A DNA stretch of 35,278 bases, from the IMG/VR virus record IMGVR_UViG_3300027848_000003; one strand, 5' to 3'. Below the pieces are notes generated by a model. It was not told the DNA's origin. It saw only the letters and a program-made list of their open reading frames with translations, and did not search any database. Origin of the DNA: a virus. The translations under genes and the position numbers were made by a program. Below, one piece after another: positions 7,207 through 14,964 of this stretch. Position 1 is the first letter of the stretch. Every line of letters begins with the position of its first letter.

Positions 7207-7500
7207 ATGAAAACTACAACATTTGAAAAAAGAACAAAAGGAAATTCTAAAAATAGCAATGGATATGGCTATGCAAAAGAATTATTGACCACCAAAGAAA
7301 GAGTTTATACTTGTCACACTTCTGGAAGTGGAAGATTTACAACAAATATAGACAGAACCGAAAATACCATTGAAATATTAAAAGACGCTGGGTTAAAATT
7401 TGCAGTTGATTTTATTACAGGGAATGACTCTCCAAGAGGTGGAAAGACAGGAAATTATATTGAATTAACTTCTAAAGGAAAAACTAAATCAATCAAATAA
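7207..7500 (+). CDS. Hypothetical protein (97 aa)
   Basis: I chose the first ATG (MKTTTFEK...). The track start at 7159 is a GTG lying inside the promoter box. Confidence 0.55.
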   Translation: MKTTTFEKRTKGNSKNSNGYGYAKELLTTKERVYTCHTSGSGRFTTNIDRTENTIEILKDAGLKFAVDFITGNDSPRGGKTGNYIELTSKGKTKSIK

Positions 7501-7502
7501 TT

Positions 7503-7838
7503 ATGAAAATTACAAACCCAACTTTCAAAAAACTAATAGAAACTTTGTGCATTCAAGAAACGCATTCACAAGTCATATATATTAAAGGCTCTTATAAATT
7601 TTTTAACTTAGATTGCTATATAGACTTTGAGGGCGATCAAGTGATAATTGACGAATACACAATAGGCACAAACTATTTAGAAATGACAAAGGAGCAGGCA
7701 CACCTTTTAGACATGACGGTTATAGAATTAAAAACCAGCTTTTTAAACAATCTTCCTGAAATTGAAGTAGAAGAAGATGTAGTTGAGATAGTTGATTTAT
7801 ATGAATTTAACGGAGTTAAAAGAAGCGATTTTATATGA
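7503..7838 (+). CDS. Hypothetical protein (111 aa)
   Basis: ORF tightly packed in the rightward early operon. Confidence 0.55.
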   Translation: MKITNPTFKKLIETLCIQETHSQVIYIKGSYKFFNLDCYIDFEGDQVIIDEYTIGTNYLEMTKEQAHLLDMTVIELKTSFLNNLPEIEVEEDVVEIVDLYEFNGVKRSDFI

Positions 7839-7987
7839 AAACTACAATATTAAAATACACAACCAGGGATGAAGCATTAAAAATGTTAAAATGGTATCTC
7901 TGTGCAAGCGACAGAATGTATGTACACACGTCTTATTTCTTCGATGAAAAAGATGAACAGCATACTATATTAATGTGTTATTATTAA
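7835..7987 (+). CDS. Hypothetical protein (50 aa)
   Basis: ATGA overlap with the upstream stop. It fills an otherwise non-coding gap. It is below the size cut-off of the track. Confidence 0.45.
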   Translation: MKTTILKYTTRDEALKMLKWYLCASDRMYVHTSYFFDEKDEQHTILMCYY

Positions 7988-8006
7988 ACTTAAAAACTAG
8001 AATATT

Positions 8007-8642
8007 ATGGAAAAATTACCTGCAATTAAAGACCTTTACAGCAGTAAAGACCTTGCAATTAAAAATGATGAATTTACAGTACTTATGAATCAACCTCCGT
8101 CTAAAGACTGGGTAAAAACACATCCCTTTATAAAAGGCTACGATTACTTACCTATTGAGCGGATTGAATACCTTTTAAAGACTATCTTTAAGAAATACCG
8201 TATTGAAATACTCCGGGAGGGTACTTCGTTTAATGGCGTTTACGTTGTGGTTCGTGTTCACTATCTACATCCAATAACCAACGGGATGGAGTTTCACGAC
8301 GGAATCGGAGCAGTTGAATTGCAGACTAAAAAAGGCACTTCGCCTGCCGACTTATCAAACATAAATAACGGTGCATTAGGAATGGCGTTCCCGGTTGCAA
8401 AAAGTAGAGCAGTTAAAGATGCTGCAGATCATTTAGGAAAGTTATTTGGCTCAGACCTTAACCGGAAGGATACAATGAATTATACTATTGATTTAACGCT
8501 ACAAGAATTATCACCTGAACACCCGAACTGGGATAAGTGTAAAACCGCTATTGAAAGTGGAGTTTATTCAATTGAGGACATTAAAGAAAAATACGATATT
8601 AACCAAGAAAATGAAAAAATATTATGGAAAAATTCAAAGTAA
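8007..8642 (+). CDS. Single-strand annealing protein, Rad52/Sak-like
   Basis: YLPIERIEYLLKTIF..W..E....FNG...V.V is followed by GMAFPVAKSRAVKDAADHLGKLFGSDLNR, which resembles the conserved Rad52-family core and the ...A.K.A.tDA.KR....LG..FG..LY segment. An exonuclease gene is adjacent. Confidence 0.5.
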   Translation: MEKLPAIKDLYSSKDLAIKNDEFTVLMNQPPSKDWVKTHPFIKGYDYLPIERIEYLLKTIFKKYRIEILREGTSFNGVYVVVRVHYLHPITNGMEFHDGIGAVELQTKKGTSPADLSNINNGALGMAFPVAKSRAVKDAADHLGKLFGSDLNRKDTMNYTIDLTLQELSPEHPNWDKCKTAIESGVYSIEDIKEKYDINQENEKILWKNSK

Positions 8643-9232
8643 GAGCTTCGTCCAGCGGTTTAATAATGACGAACCCGCGTAGCAAATCAGAAACATTTAG
8701 CAAAACCACTTTAACCTTTGTTGAAGATTGGCTTAAAGAACAGATTTACGGAATCAAAAAAGATTTTTCAAGCAAGTACACGCAAAAAGGAAATCTATTA
8801 GAAGATGAGGCAATAGATAAGGCTATTGAATGGCTTGATTTGCCGTTTATTCTGAAAAACGAACTCCCATTATCGGACACGCATTTTACAGGAACGCCTG
8901 ATCTTATCTTGGAAGATGAGGTATTGGATATTAAAGTGAGTTGGGACGCTTTTACTTTTCCTCTTTTTGATAACGAGATACCTACAAAGGATTATTTCTA
9001 TCAATTACAAGTGTATATGGCTTTGACGGGCAAGCGCAAAGCAAGACTTGTGTACGTTCTTTTGAACACGCCCGAAGAAATATCTCCGTGGGAATTAAAA
9101 CACGATTACAATGAGCTGGATAAGAAGTACCGAATCAAAACCTTTACTATTGAATATGATGAGGTATTGATCGCCGACCTTCGTAAAAGAGTTGACCAAA
9201 TTAGAGAATATTTATTAACTATTAAATTATAA
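8624..9232 (+). CDS. PD-(D/E)XK exonuclease, YqaJ/lambda-Exo-like recombination nuclease
   Basis: RASSSGLIMT (N-terminal YqaJ-like motif), GTPDLILEDEVLDIKVS (D...D/E-x-K) and YFYQLQVYMALTG (Q-x-x-x-Y). Confidence 0.7.
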   Translation: MEKFKVRASSSGLIMTNPRSKSETFSKTTLTFVEDWLKEQIYGIKKDFSSKYTQKGNLLEDEAIDKAIEWLDLPFILKNELPLSDTHFTGTPDLILEDEVLDIKVSWDAFTFPLFDNEIPTKDYFYQLQVYMALTGKRKARLVYVLLNTPEEISPWELKHDYNELDKKYRIKTFTIEYDEVLIADLRKRVDQIREYLLTIKL

Positions 9233-9236
9233 AACA

Positions 9237-9554
9237 ATGAGCAGTTTATCAGAGATCTACCTTAAGGTAGAAACATTAAAAACTTTAGCCGATACTTTGG
9301 CAAAGAAAGGAGAAAAAGGAATTAGTATTACAATTTCCACAAATGAAGAAACGAATGAATATGGACAAAATATTTCGGCTTTTGTAGCTCAAACCAAAGA
9401 GGAAAGAGATGCAAAAAAAACACGTTTTTATGTAGGAAACGGAAAAGTTTTTTGGAACGACGGGAATATTACCAACGCAGCTAAAAAAGAAGAAACACAC
9501 AATGCAACCCCAGAGGGGCAAGTTGCAGACGAGGAAGATGATCTTCCTTTTTAA
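9237..9554 (+). CDS. SSB-like protein with acidic C-terminal tip
   Basis: The C-terminus ADEEDDLPF mirrors the D-D-D-I-P-F protein-interaction tip of bacterial and phage SSBs. It follows the annealase and exonuclease genes. Confidence 0.45.
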   Translation: MSSLSEIYLKVETLKTLADTLAKKGEKGISITISTNEETNEYGQNISAFVAQTKEERDAKKTRFYVGNGKVFWNDGNITNAAKKEETHNATPEGQVADEEDDLPF

Positions 9555-9573
9555 TATCCCCAAGATACCAATT

Positions 9574-9600
9574 AAACCGCCTATCTGGGCGGTTTTTTTG
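9574..9600 (+). terminator. Rho-independent terminator ending the early rightward operon
   Basis: aaaccgcc-tatctg-ggcggttt forms an 8-bp stem followed by a T run (ggcggtttttttg). Confidence 0.75.
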
Positions 9601-9610
9601 TTTTATATAA

Positions 9611-9849
9611 GATTTGCAACAGTTGCAACTGTTGCAACCCCCTTAGTTGCATATAGAATATACTATTTATAAGGGTTGACAAAGATTTGCAACCGAGTTG
9701 GTTGCAAGTTGGTTAGTAGTAATTTTTTTTTTAAAATTAAAAAATATTTTTAAAAAACACGATTTGCAACCAACTTAGTTGTAAGTATTGATTTTATAGG
9801 GTTTACGGAGTTTTTAGGGGTTGCAAATGGTTGCAACCGAGTTGCAACT
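9611..9849. repeat. Iteron cluster: 7 exact TTGCAAC, 2 TTGCAA[G/A] and about 3 degenerate copies around a 37-nt A/T-only core (9721..9757); putative origin of replication or centromere-like site
   Basis: Exact copies start at 9614, 9623, 9632, 9687, 9764, 9831 and 9842. The 10-nt palindrome AGTTGCAACT occurs at 9621..9630 and 9840..9849. GATTTGCAAC occurs three times and TTGCAACCGAGTTG twice. The cluster is non-coding and lies immediately upstream of the replication genes. Confidence 0.6.
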
Positions 9850-9910
9850 TAAAAAAGTGCTTTATTTTGTAGGAATTTGATATTAATGTTATTTATATTG
9901 ATTAATTTAT

Positions 9911-9918
9911 TATATTTG
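9911..9918 (+). promoter_or_regulatory. Bacteroidota-type -7 promoter box TATATTTG upstream of the replication module
   Basis: TAnnTTTG match in an intergenic region. It has the same extended TATATTTGT as the boxes at 7087 and 7162. Confidence 0.45.
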
Positions 9919-9926
9919 TACTTCAA

Positions 9927-10012
9927 GGTGTGGAAACTGAAATCATTATTATTCCCGATAGGATTTTTTCGACCTCCACACCCGAAGAATGAATATCGGG
10001 ATTTTTATTTTT
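9927..10012 (+). ncRNA. Structured leader or small RNA with a terminator-like hairpin
   Basis: GGTGTGGA (9927..9934) pairs with TCCACACC (9975..9982). TCCCGATA (9953..9960) pairs with TATCGGGA (9994..10001) and is followed by TTTTTATTTTTT. The order of the four arms is pseudoknot-like or mutually exclusive. Confidence 0.35.
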
Positions 10013-10019
10013 TATTTAT

Positions 10020-10229
10020 ATGAAACTATTTATTACAAATAAACCAGATCTTGACACGAACAAGGAATCGGCAATAATACACAAGCTGGCCTTTGCTGAA
10101 ATGTCAACAAGTATAGCTGAGGGTTTTATACCGTTGGAAATATTCATAAGCTACTATTCACAAGATTTTTTATTTGAGTTTGTAAATAAAAAGAATGAAT
10201 TGTTCTTTTATAAATTCACTCAAATATGA
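10020..10229 (+). CDS. Hypothetical protein (69 aa)
   Basis: ATGA overlap with the primase gene start. Confidence 0.5.
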   Translation: MKLFITNKPDLDTNKESAIIHKLAFAEMSTSIAEGFIPLEIFISYYSQDFLFEFVNKKNELFFYKFTQI

Positions 10230-12508
10230 TAGCACTTTCACGATGTTTACGTTTACTGGACGAGGGGTTTTCGCTCATAACAGTATCGAACGATAAAGTA
10301 CCTAACTATGCTTGGCTAAGCCAACAATCAAAACAGTTGTCAAAAACTGAATTTGAAAAACGTTTTAATTATAAAGGCGGGTACATAAAAAAAGACGGTA
10401 CGGAAATGCCAGCAACCGAACACGTTGGAATAGTTACTGGGTTCGGCTTTCTTGAATGTTTGGATGTTGATCTAAAAGTATTCAGCACGGCCAAAGAACA
10501 AAAAGAATGGTGGGACGAGTTTATTTCTTTTGTTGAGGATAATATTTTAGATTTTCACGATAAGTTTGTAATTACTAAAACAAGAAATGCTGGCTTTCAT
10601 ATTCTTTACAAATCAAAAAGAGTTGAAGGAAATCGTAAACTCGCAAAATTAAAAGGACATAAAGAGGCTATACTTGAAACACGTGGACGGTGGGGTTATG
10701 TGTTTATTTATGATAATTTTCTAAAGGATAAAACATATAACGATATTGATTTTATAAGTGATGAGGATCGGGATATACTTTTAAACATTGCAGAAACCTA
10801 CAATTATATTGATCCGGTAAGATTAGATGTACCTAAAAAAACAAAATCCGACTTCAAGACAAGTGAAGGAGATATTACTCCGTGGGACGACTTTAATCAA
10901 AAAAATAAGGTTTGGGATATTGTAAGCGATGATTTTACAATCGTTAGAAACCTTAATAATAAGTACATAATAAAGCGACACAATGCTGAAAGTGCGCATA
11001 GCGGTTATATTTATAAAGACGAGGATTTGATGTACCTTTTTTCAACCGGTACAATCTACGAACACGAAAAACAATACTCCGCATTTTCTGCATACGTCCG
11101 TAAAAATTTCAACGATGATTTTTCAGAAGCTACAAAGCAAATCTATAAAGATGGATATGGAAGCCGGATAGTAAGAAAGGAAACCGAACCAAAGGAAAAA
11201 ATAATAATTAATAAAAAAGACCTTGAGTTTCCTATTGAGATATTTCCGCAGCCAATACAGACTTATATTTATGAATGTGCCACAACTTTAAATAGTAACG
11301 TAGATTATATGGGTTGCTCGATGCTTTGGTTAATTTCCCTTTGTATAGGGAACAGCTTAAAAATAGAGGTAAAAAAAGGGTGGAACGAAACCGCCGCGAT
11401 ATGGATGGCCGTTGTAGGAAAAGCCGGAATAGGAAAAACGCCTTCAATATCAAATATCATATTCCCTTTGGAAAAGCAAAACAATCGGGAAATTTCAAAC
11501 TACATAAAGGAATTTGAAAAATATGAATACTACGAAAACCTAACGGCAAAAGAAAAAAAGGAACATCCAGAAACCCATAAACCAGTGAAAAAACAATTCA
11601 TTGCAAACGATATTACACTCGAAGCATTGGTTTCTTTACACCAAGAGAATGATAATGCAGTAGGGGTTTTTAAAGATGAGCTGGCTGGCTGGTTTAAGGA
11701 TATGAATAAATATAAACAGGGTTCGGATCTTGAATTTTGGTTGTCTACGTGGTCAGGCCAAAGCGTAAACCTTAACCGTATAACGCGAGCCGGTTCTTTT
11801 GTTGCAAGTCCTATGATTCCAATTTTAGGAGGTATTCAGCCGAGTATATTTAATTCATTTTATACCGAAGAAAACAAGAATAACGGTTTTATGGATAGAA
11901 TGCTTTTATCATATCCCGACCTTGAAGTGGAAAAATACAACGAGGACGAAATGAATTATAATACTATACAATGGTTTCACGATACCGTAGTTTCATTTTA
12001 CGAAACAATAAAACATAAAATGATCGTACGTAACAAGGATGGCCAAATAGAAAGCCACGTTGTTAAATTCAATAAGGAATCCAAAAAAGAATGGATTAGA
12101 ATATTTAACGAAATAACCGAAATTCAAAATAGCGATTCGGAAAATGAATATATGAAGTCTATGCTGCCAAAACAAAAATCATATATCCCGCGCTTTGCAT
12201 TAATGATTAATACAATGGATGGGTTTTTATATCAAAATAAAATACCGAGTGAGATTACCAAAGTAAGTATTTTGAAAGCTGAAAAACTAAGTAAGTATTT
12301 TATTGCAATGGCGAAGAAAGTGAAAGTTGATAGCATTGCTTCTGCGGACATAAAAAAAGTAATACGAAAAAACGAGAACAAAACCAATAAGGAAAAATTT
12401 GAGATACTGTTTAAAGGAAATCCCGAACTTAATATTAAAGAGGTTTCTGAGCAGTTGGGAATTACCACGCAGGCTATTTATAAATACAAAAAAGAATTAG
12501 GGTTATGA
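10226..12508 (+). CDS. Bifunctional primase-polymerase (prim-pol) / DUF3987-type P-loop replicative helicase with C-terminal HTH
   Basis: N-terminal LECLDVDLKV (D-x-D) and AGFHILYK (prim-pol motifs). Central Walker A VVGKAGIGKTP and Walker B-like VGVFKDELAGW. C-terminal IKEVSEQLGITTQAIYKYKK is an HTH. Confidence 0.8.
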   Translation: MIALSRCLRLLDEGFSLITVSNDKVPNYAWLSQQSKQLSKTEFEKRFNYKGGYIKKDGTEMPATEHVGIVTGFGFLECLDVDLKVFSTAKEQKEWWDEFISFVEDNILDFHDKFVITKTRNAGFHILYKSKRVEGNRKLAKLKGHKEAILETRGRWGYVFIYDNFLKDKTYNDIDFISDEDRDILLNIAETYNYIDPVRLDVPKKTKSDFKTSEGDITPWDDFNQKNKVWDIVSDDFTIVRNLNNKYIIKRHNAESAHSGYIYKDEDLMYLFSTGTIYEHEKQYSAFSAYVRKNFNDDFSEATKQIYKDGYGSRIVRKETEPKEKIIINKKDLEFPIEIFPQPIQTYIYECATTLNSNVDYMGCSMLWLISLCIGNSLKIEVKKGWNETAAIWMAVVGKAGIGKTPSISNIIFPLEKQNNREISNYIKEFEKYEYYENLTAKEKKEHPETHKPVKKQFIANDITLEALVSLHQENDNAVGVFKDELAGWFKDMNKYKQGSDLEFWLSTWSGQSVNLNRITRAGSFVASPMIPILGGIQPSIFNSFYTEENKNNGFMDRMLLSYPDLEVEKYNEDEMNYNTIQWFHDTVVSFYETIKHKMIVRNKDGQIESHVVKFNKESKKEWIRIFNEITEIQNSDSENEYMKSMLPKQKSYIPRFALMINTMDGFLYQNKIPSEITKVSILKAEKLSKYFIAMAKKVKVDSIASADIKKVIRKNENKTNKEKFEILFKGNPELNIKEVSEQLGITTQAIYKYKKELGL

Positions 12509-12660
12509 CATTTACTAATAAAAAATCAGAAGTAAAAAAAATACTTTCAGAAATGAAACCAGACGGTTATATTTTAAAAGGAAAAGATAATTTAGGAAGT
12601 TTTGAAAACGAATACGATGCTCACTTAGCTTATCAAAGTGAATTAAATAAAATTATATGA
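12505..12660 (+). CDS. Hypothetical protein (51 aa)
   Basis: ATGA overlaps at both ends (with 10226..12508 and 12657..13166). It is below the track cut-off. Confidence 0.5.
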   Translation: MTFTNKKSEVKKILSEMKPDGYILKGKDNLGSFENEYDAHLAYQSELNKII

Positions 12661-13166
12661 CCAAGGAAAATAAAATAAGATTATTGGAATTATATTTGAA
12701 AGACAACCGATTGCGTTACCCTCGTTTCCCTGACCATGCAAGACCGATAAAAAAGTACAAAGAGAACGGAGCGAACGCCTTAACCAATTGCGTAAAAGAT
12801 TGGATTAACTTTTCAGGTGGGCAAGCAGAACGCATAAGCACAACAGGACGACCAATTGACAACACGAAAATAAGCACAGATGTTATTGGGAGGCAAAGGA
12901 CAATCGGTAGTGTGGAATGGATCCCCGGGACAGGAACTAAAGGCAGCGCGGATATTTCGGCAACGATAAAACCAAAGCCGCAGGAGGGGAATCTATATTC
13001 AGCCTTTGCCGTTTCCGTTAAAATAGAAATAAAATACGGAAAAGACAAACAGTCTGACTTTCAAAAGAAATATCAAGATGCGATAAATAATGCCGGAGGG
13101 GTTTATTTAATTGTCCGTAATATGGATGACTTTATAGATTGGCATGATAAATTCACAGGAAAATGA
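12657..13166 (+). CDS. VRR-NUC-like PD-(D/E)XK nuclease (junction-resolvase candidate)
   Basis: GTKGSADISATIKP...FAVSVKIEIKYGKDKQSDFQKKYQDAINNAGGVYLIVRN fits the G-x-x-D ... E-x-K ... Q ... G pattern of VRR-NUC domains. Confidence 0.45.
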   Translation: MTKENKIRLLELYLKDNRLRYPRFPDHARPIKKYKENGANALTNCVKDWINFSGGQAERISTTGRPIDNTKISTDVIGRQRTIGSVEWIPGTGTKGSADISATIKPKPQEGNLYSAFAVSVKIEIKYGKDKQSDFQKKYQDAINNAGGVYLIVRNMDDFIDWHDKFTGK

Positions 13167-13393
13167 GAAACGAAGCTTATAAATACCTACCGATACAAAC
13201 ATCAACTAAAGGAAATCCGTACCAAGTTATAGGAGTGTTCCGAGTGCCAAATACCACCGAATGGAATGGAAAGTTTCAAAGCGTGCAATGGATTAGGTAC
13301 GTAGATACAGGAGATAGGTTATGGCTTTGGATGGATGGCAATGGGAAAGTCACAAAGAAACAAATCAAGCAACCTGAGAATTTAATAACTTAA
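13163..13393 (+). CDS. Hypothetical protein (76 aa)
   Basis: Coupled ORF (ATGA overlap). Confidence 0.5.
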   Translation: MRNEAYKYLPIQTSTKGNPYQVIGVFRVPNTTEWNGKFQSVQWIRYVDTGDRLWLWMDGNGKVTKKQIKQPENLIT

Positions 13394-13405
13394 ATAAATA
13401 ATAAG

Positions 13406-13633
13406 ATGGATAAAAGAACAGAACTTAAAAATAAAAAGGCAAAAGAGCAATGTGATATAAACGGTGTTGGCATAAGTGCTGGTTTAATGAAGTGTAATCC
13501 TTCGTTTAATGAACAAAAAACAATTAGATACAATAGCGAAACAAAAGATGTTTTTGATGAATTAGACAACTTTTTAGGGTATGGTACTTATGATGAAAAA
13601 ACTAAAACATTAAGCGTTGAGCAAAAGCATTGA
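13406..13633 (+). CDS. Hypothetical protein (75 aa)
   Basis: ORF in the operon. Its N-terminal NKKAKEQCDINGV motif is shared with 5440..5691. Confidence 0.5.
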   Translation: MDKRTELKNKKAKEQCDINGVGISAGLMKCNPSFNEQKTIRYNSETKDVFDELDNFLGYGTYDEKTKTLSVEQKH

Positions 13634-13667
13634 TGTTAACCACTATTATCACAACTAATTTTTTAAT

Positions 13668-14054
13668 ATGACTGAACTTCTAAAGATAAAGGAAATTATA
13701 GACACCAAGTACCTCCGTGATATTTCAAAGAAAACCAAAAAAAACGGAAACCCAGACCTGTTAAAAATATACTCCAAAATTGCGAAAATAAAAACAGCAT
13801 ACTCCCTGGTTCAAATCGGGAATGTAATTAATCGAGACCACGCATCAGTTATAGTTCAAATTAAGCAAGCTGATAACTTCCTTGAATACGATAAGAATTT
13901 TATAAAACAATATAATGATGTTTTAAAAATGATTCCCGACTTCACAGAACTAAAAGATATAACAAGCAATATGATAAAGCAACGGATCAAATCACATAAT
14001 TTTGAGATACGGAAATTAAAAATAGAATTGAAAAATAGAAAGGGTTGCAATTAA
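13668..14054 (+). CDS. DNA-binding protein with DnaA domain-IV-like HTH
   Basis: YSLVQIGNVINRDHASVIVQIKQ resembles the I-G-x-x-x-x-R-D-H-[ST]-T-V segment of the DnaA C-terminal DNA-binding domain. Confidence 0.35.
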   Translation: MTELLKIKEIIDTKYLRDISKKTKKNGNPDLLKIYSKIAKIKTAYSLVQIGNVINRDHASVIVQIKQADNFLEYDKNFIKQYNDVLKMIPDFTELKDITSNMIKQRIKSHNFEIRKLKIELKNRKGCN

Positions 14055-14162
14055 TTTTACTACTTTAGCGTAAACTAATAAATCCTTCTCCCTTCAAGAG
14101 AGGAGAAAACAAGCAGACAAAAAAGCATCTTAAGACAGCGAGAAGGGTTATTTTCAAAATAA

Positions 14163-14309
14163 ATGGCATACTACGTGAAATTACCAGATAATTACAAAGA
14201 AGGGGATAAAATAGTGTTTGATGACAACAACAGAACAGCCTCCATTTACAACCGATTGGGAGCAATCACAACAACCATCCCCACGATAAAGGTAAACAAT
14301 AGCCAATGA
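14163..14309 (+). CDS. Hypothetical protein (48 aa)
   Basis: Small ORF whose stop overlaps the next start (ATGA). I prefer it to the Cys-rich antisense ORFs in the track. Confidence 0.4.
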   Translation: MAYYVKLPDNYKEGDKIVFDDNNRTASIYNRLGAITTTIPTIKVNNSQ

Positions 14310-14419
14310 GCTACAGTATAGAAGTGAAAAACAATTTAGGATGTGGCTTTTTAATTGGATTTGCCTTCGTAACTGCAATAATTATATTCATAATAATAGC
14401 TAATAAACTAATAAATTGA
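14306..14419 (+). CDS. Small membrane protein (37 aa)
   Basis: GCGFLIGFAFVTAIIIFIIIA is a TM segment. It is coupled at both ends (an ATGA overlap upstream, and a TTGA overlap with the ParB-like gene start). Confidence 0.4.
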   Translation: MSYSIEVKNNLGCGFLIGFAFVTAIIIFIIIANKLIN

Positions 14420-14964
14420 AAAGCAATAAGGTAACGGACTTAACATTTGACGATAAGAATTTCAATAAGGGTACACAATACGGGAAATCCCTTATGGAGA
14501 AATCACTTTCTAAATTTGGAGCAGGGCGTTCAATCCTGATAGATAAAAACAATAAAATAATAGCAGGAAATAAAACCACCGAGAACTTCGCGGAACTAGG
14601 ACTTGAAAAAGTTACTATTGTAGATGTTAGCGGTGATACTCTTGTGGCTGTTCGTAGAAACGATATTGACTTAGATACTCCCGAAGGCAGAGAGTTTGCC
14701 CTTGCAGATAATCAAACAGCAAAGGTTAACATTGAATTTGACTTTGGAACGTTGGAAAGTGAAATTGATGAAGGTATATTGGAAGAATGGGGAATAAATA
14801 CGGACGAAGAGGATGTGAAATTAACACCAGAAGATAAAGACCTTTCAGATACATTAAAGGAAACTTTTGAGGTGATCGTTCAATGTGGCAATGAAGATGA
14901 GCAAGAAGCAGTATTTAATAAATTAACAAATGATGGTTTAGTATGCCGAGTTTTAACATTGTAA
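14416..14964 (+). CDS. ParB N-terminal (ParB/Srx-like nuclease) domain protein
   Basis: GRSILIDKNNKIIAGNKTTENFAELGLEKVTIVDV resembles the ParB-like box (I-x-V-D-x-x-x-x-I-I-x-G-[NH]-x-R-x-x-A-x-x-x-L-G). Acidic C-terminal half. TTG start overlaps the upstream stop. Confidence 0.55.
   Translation: MKSNKVTDLTFDDKNFNKGTQYGKSLMEKSLSKFGAGRSILIDKNNKIIAGNKTTENFAELGLEKVTIVDVSGDTLVAVRRNDIDLDTPEGREFALADNQTAKVNIEFDFGTLESEIDEGILEEWGINTDEEDVKLTPEDKDLSDTLKETFEVIVQCGNEDEQEAVFNKLTNDGLVCRVLTL

Noticed and set aside
9611-9849. Possible CRISPR array because of the many short repeats
   Set aside because: The repeat core is only 7 to 10 nt, the spacing is irregular (some copies are contiguous), the core is palindromic, and there are no cas genes. 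This fits protein-binding iterons, not a CRISPR array.
9927-10001. Possible tRNA in the structured region upstream of 10020
   Set aside because: Only two helices are present. There is no acceptor, D, anticodon or T cloverleaf and no conserved GTTC or T-loop sequence. The element is too short.
11232-11517. Alternative-frame ORFs within the primase/helicase gene (11232..11453 minus, 11314..11517 plus), and 30169..30378 within the distal tail gene
   Set aside because: They overlap conserved motif regions of the main frame (Walker A lies at about 11410). Their Arg/Lys-rich translations are typical of off-frame reading.
14065-14378. Two overlapping Cys-rich minus-strand ORFs (66 and 65 aa)
   Set aside because: The translations look like noise (CCCHQ, GCCDCSQ). 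The plus strand offers two small ORFs (14163..14309 and 14306..14419) that are chained by ATGA/TTGA overlaps into the surrounding operon.
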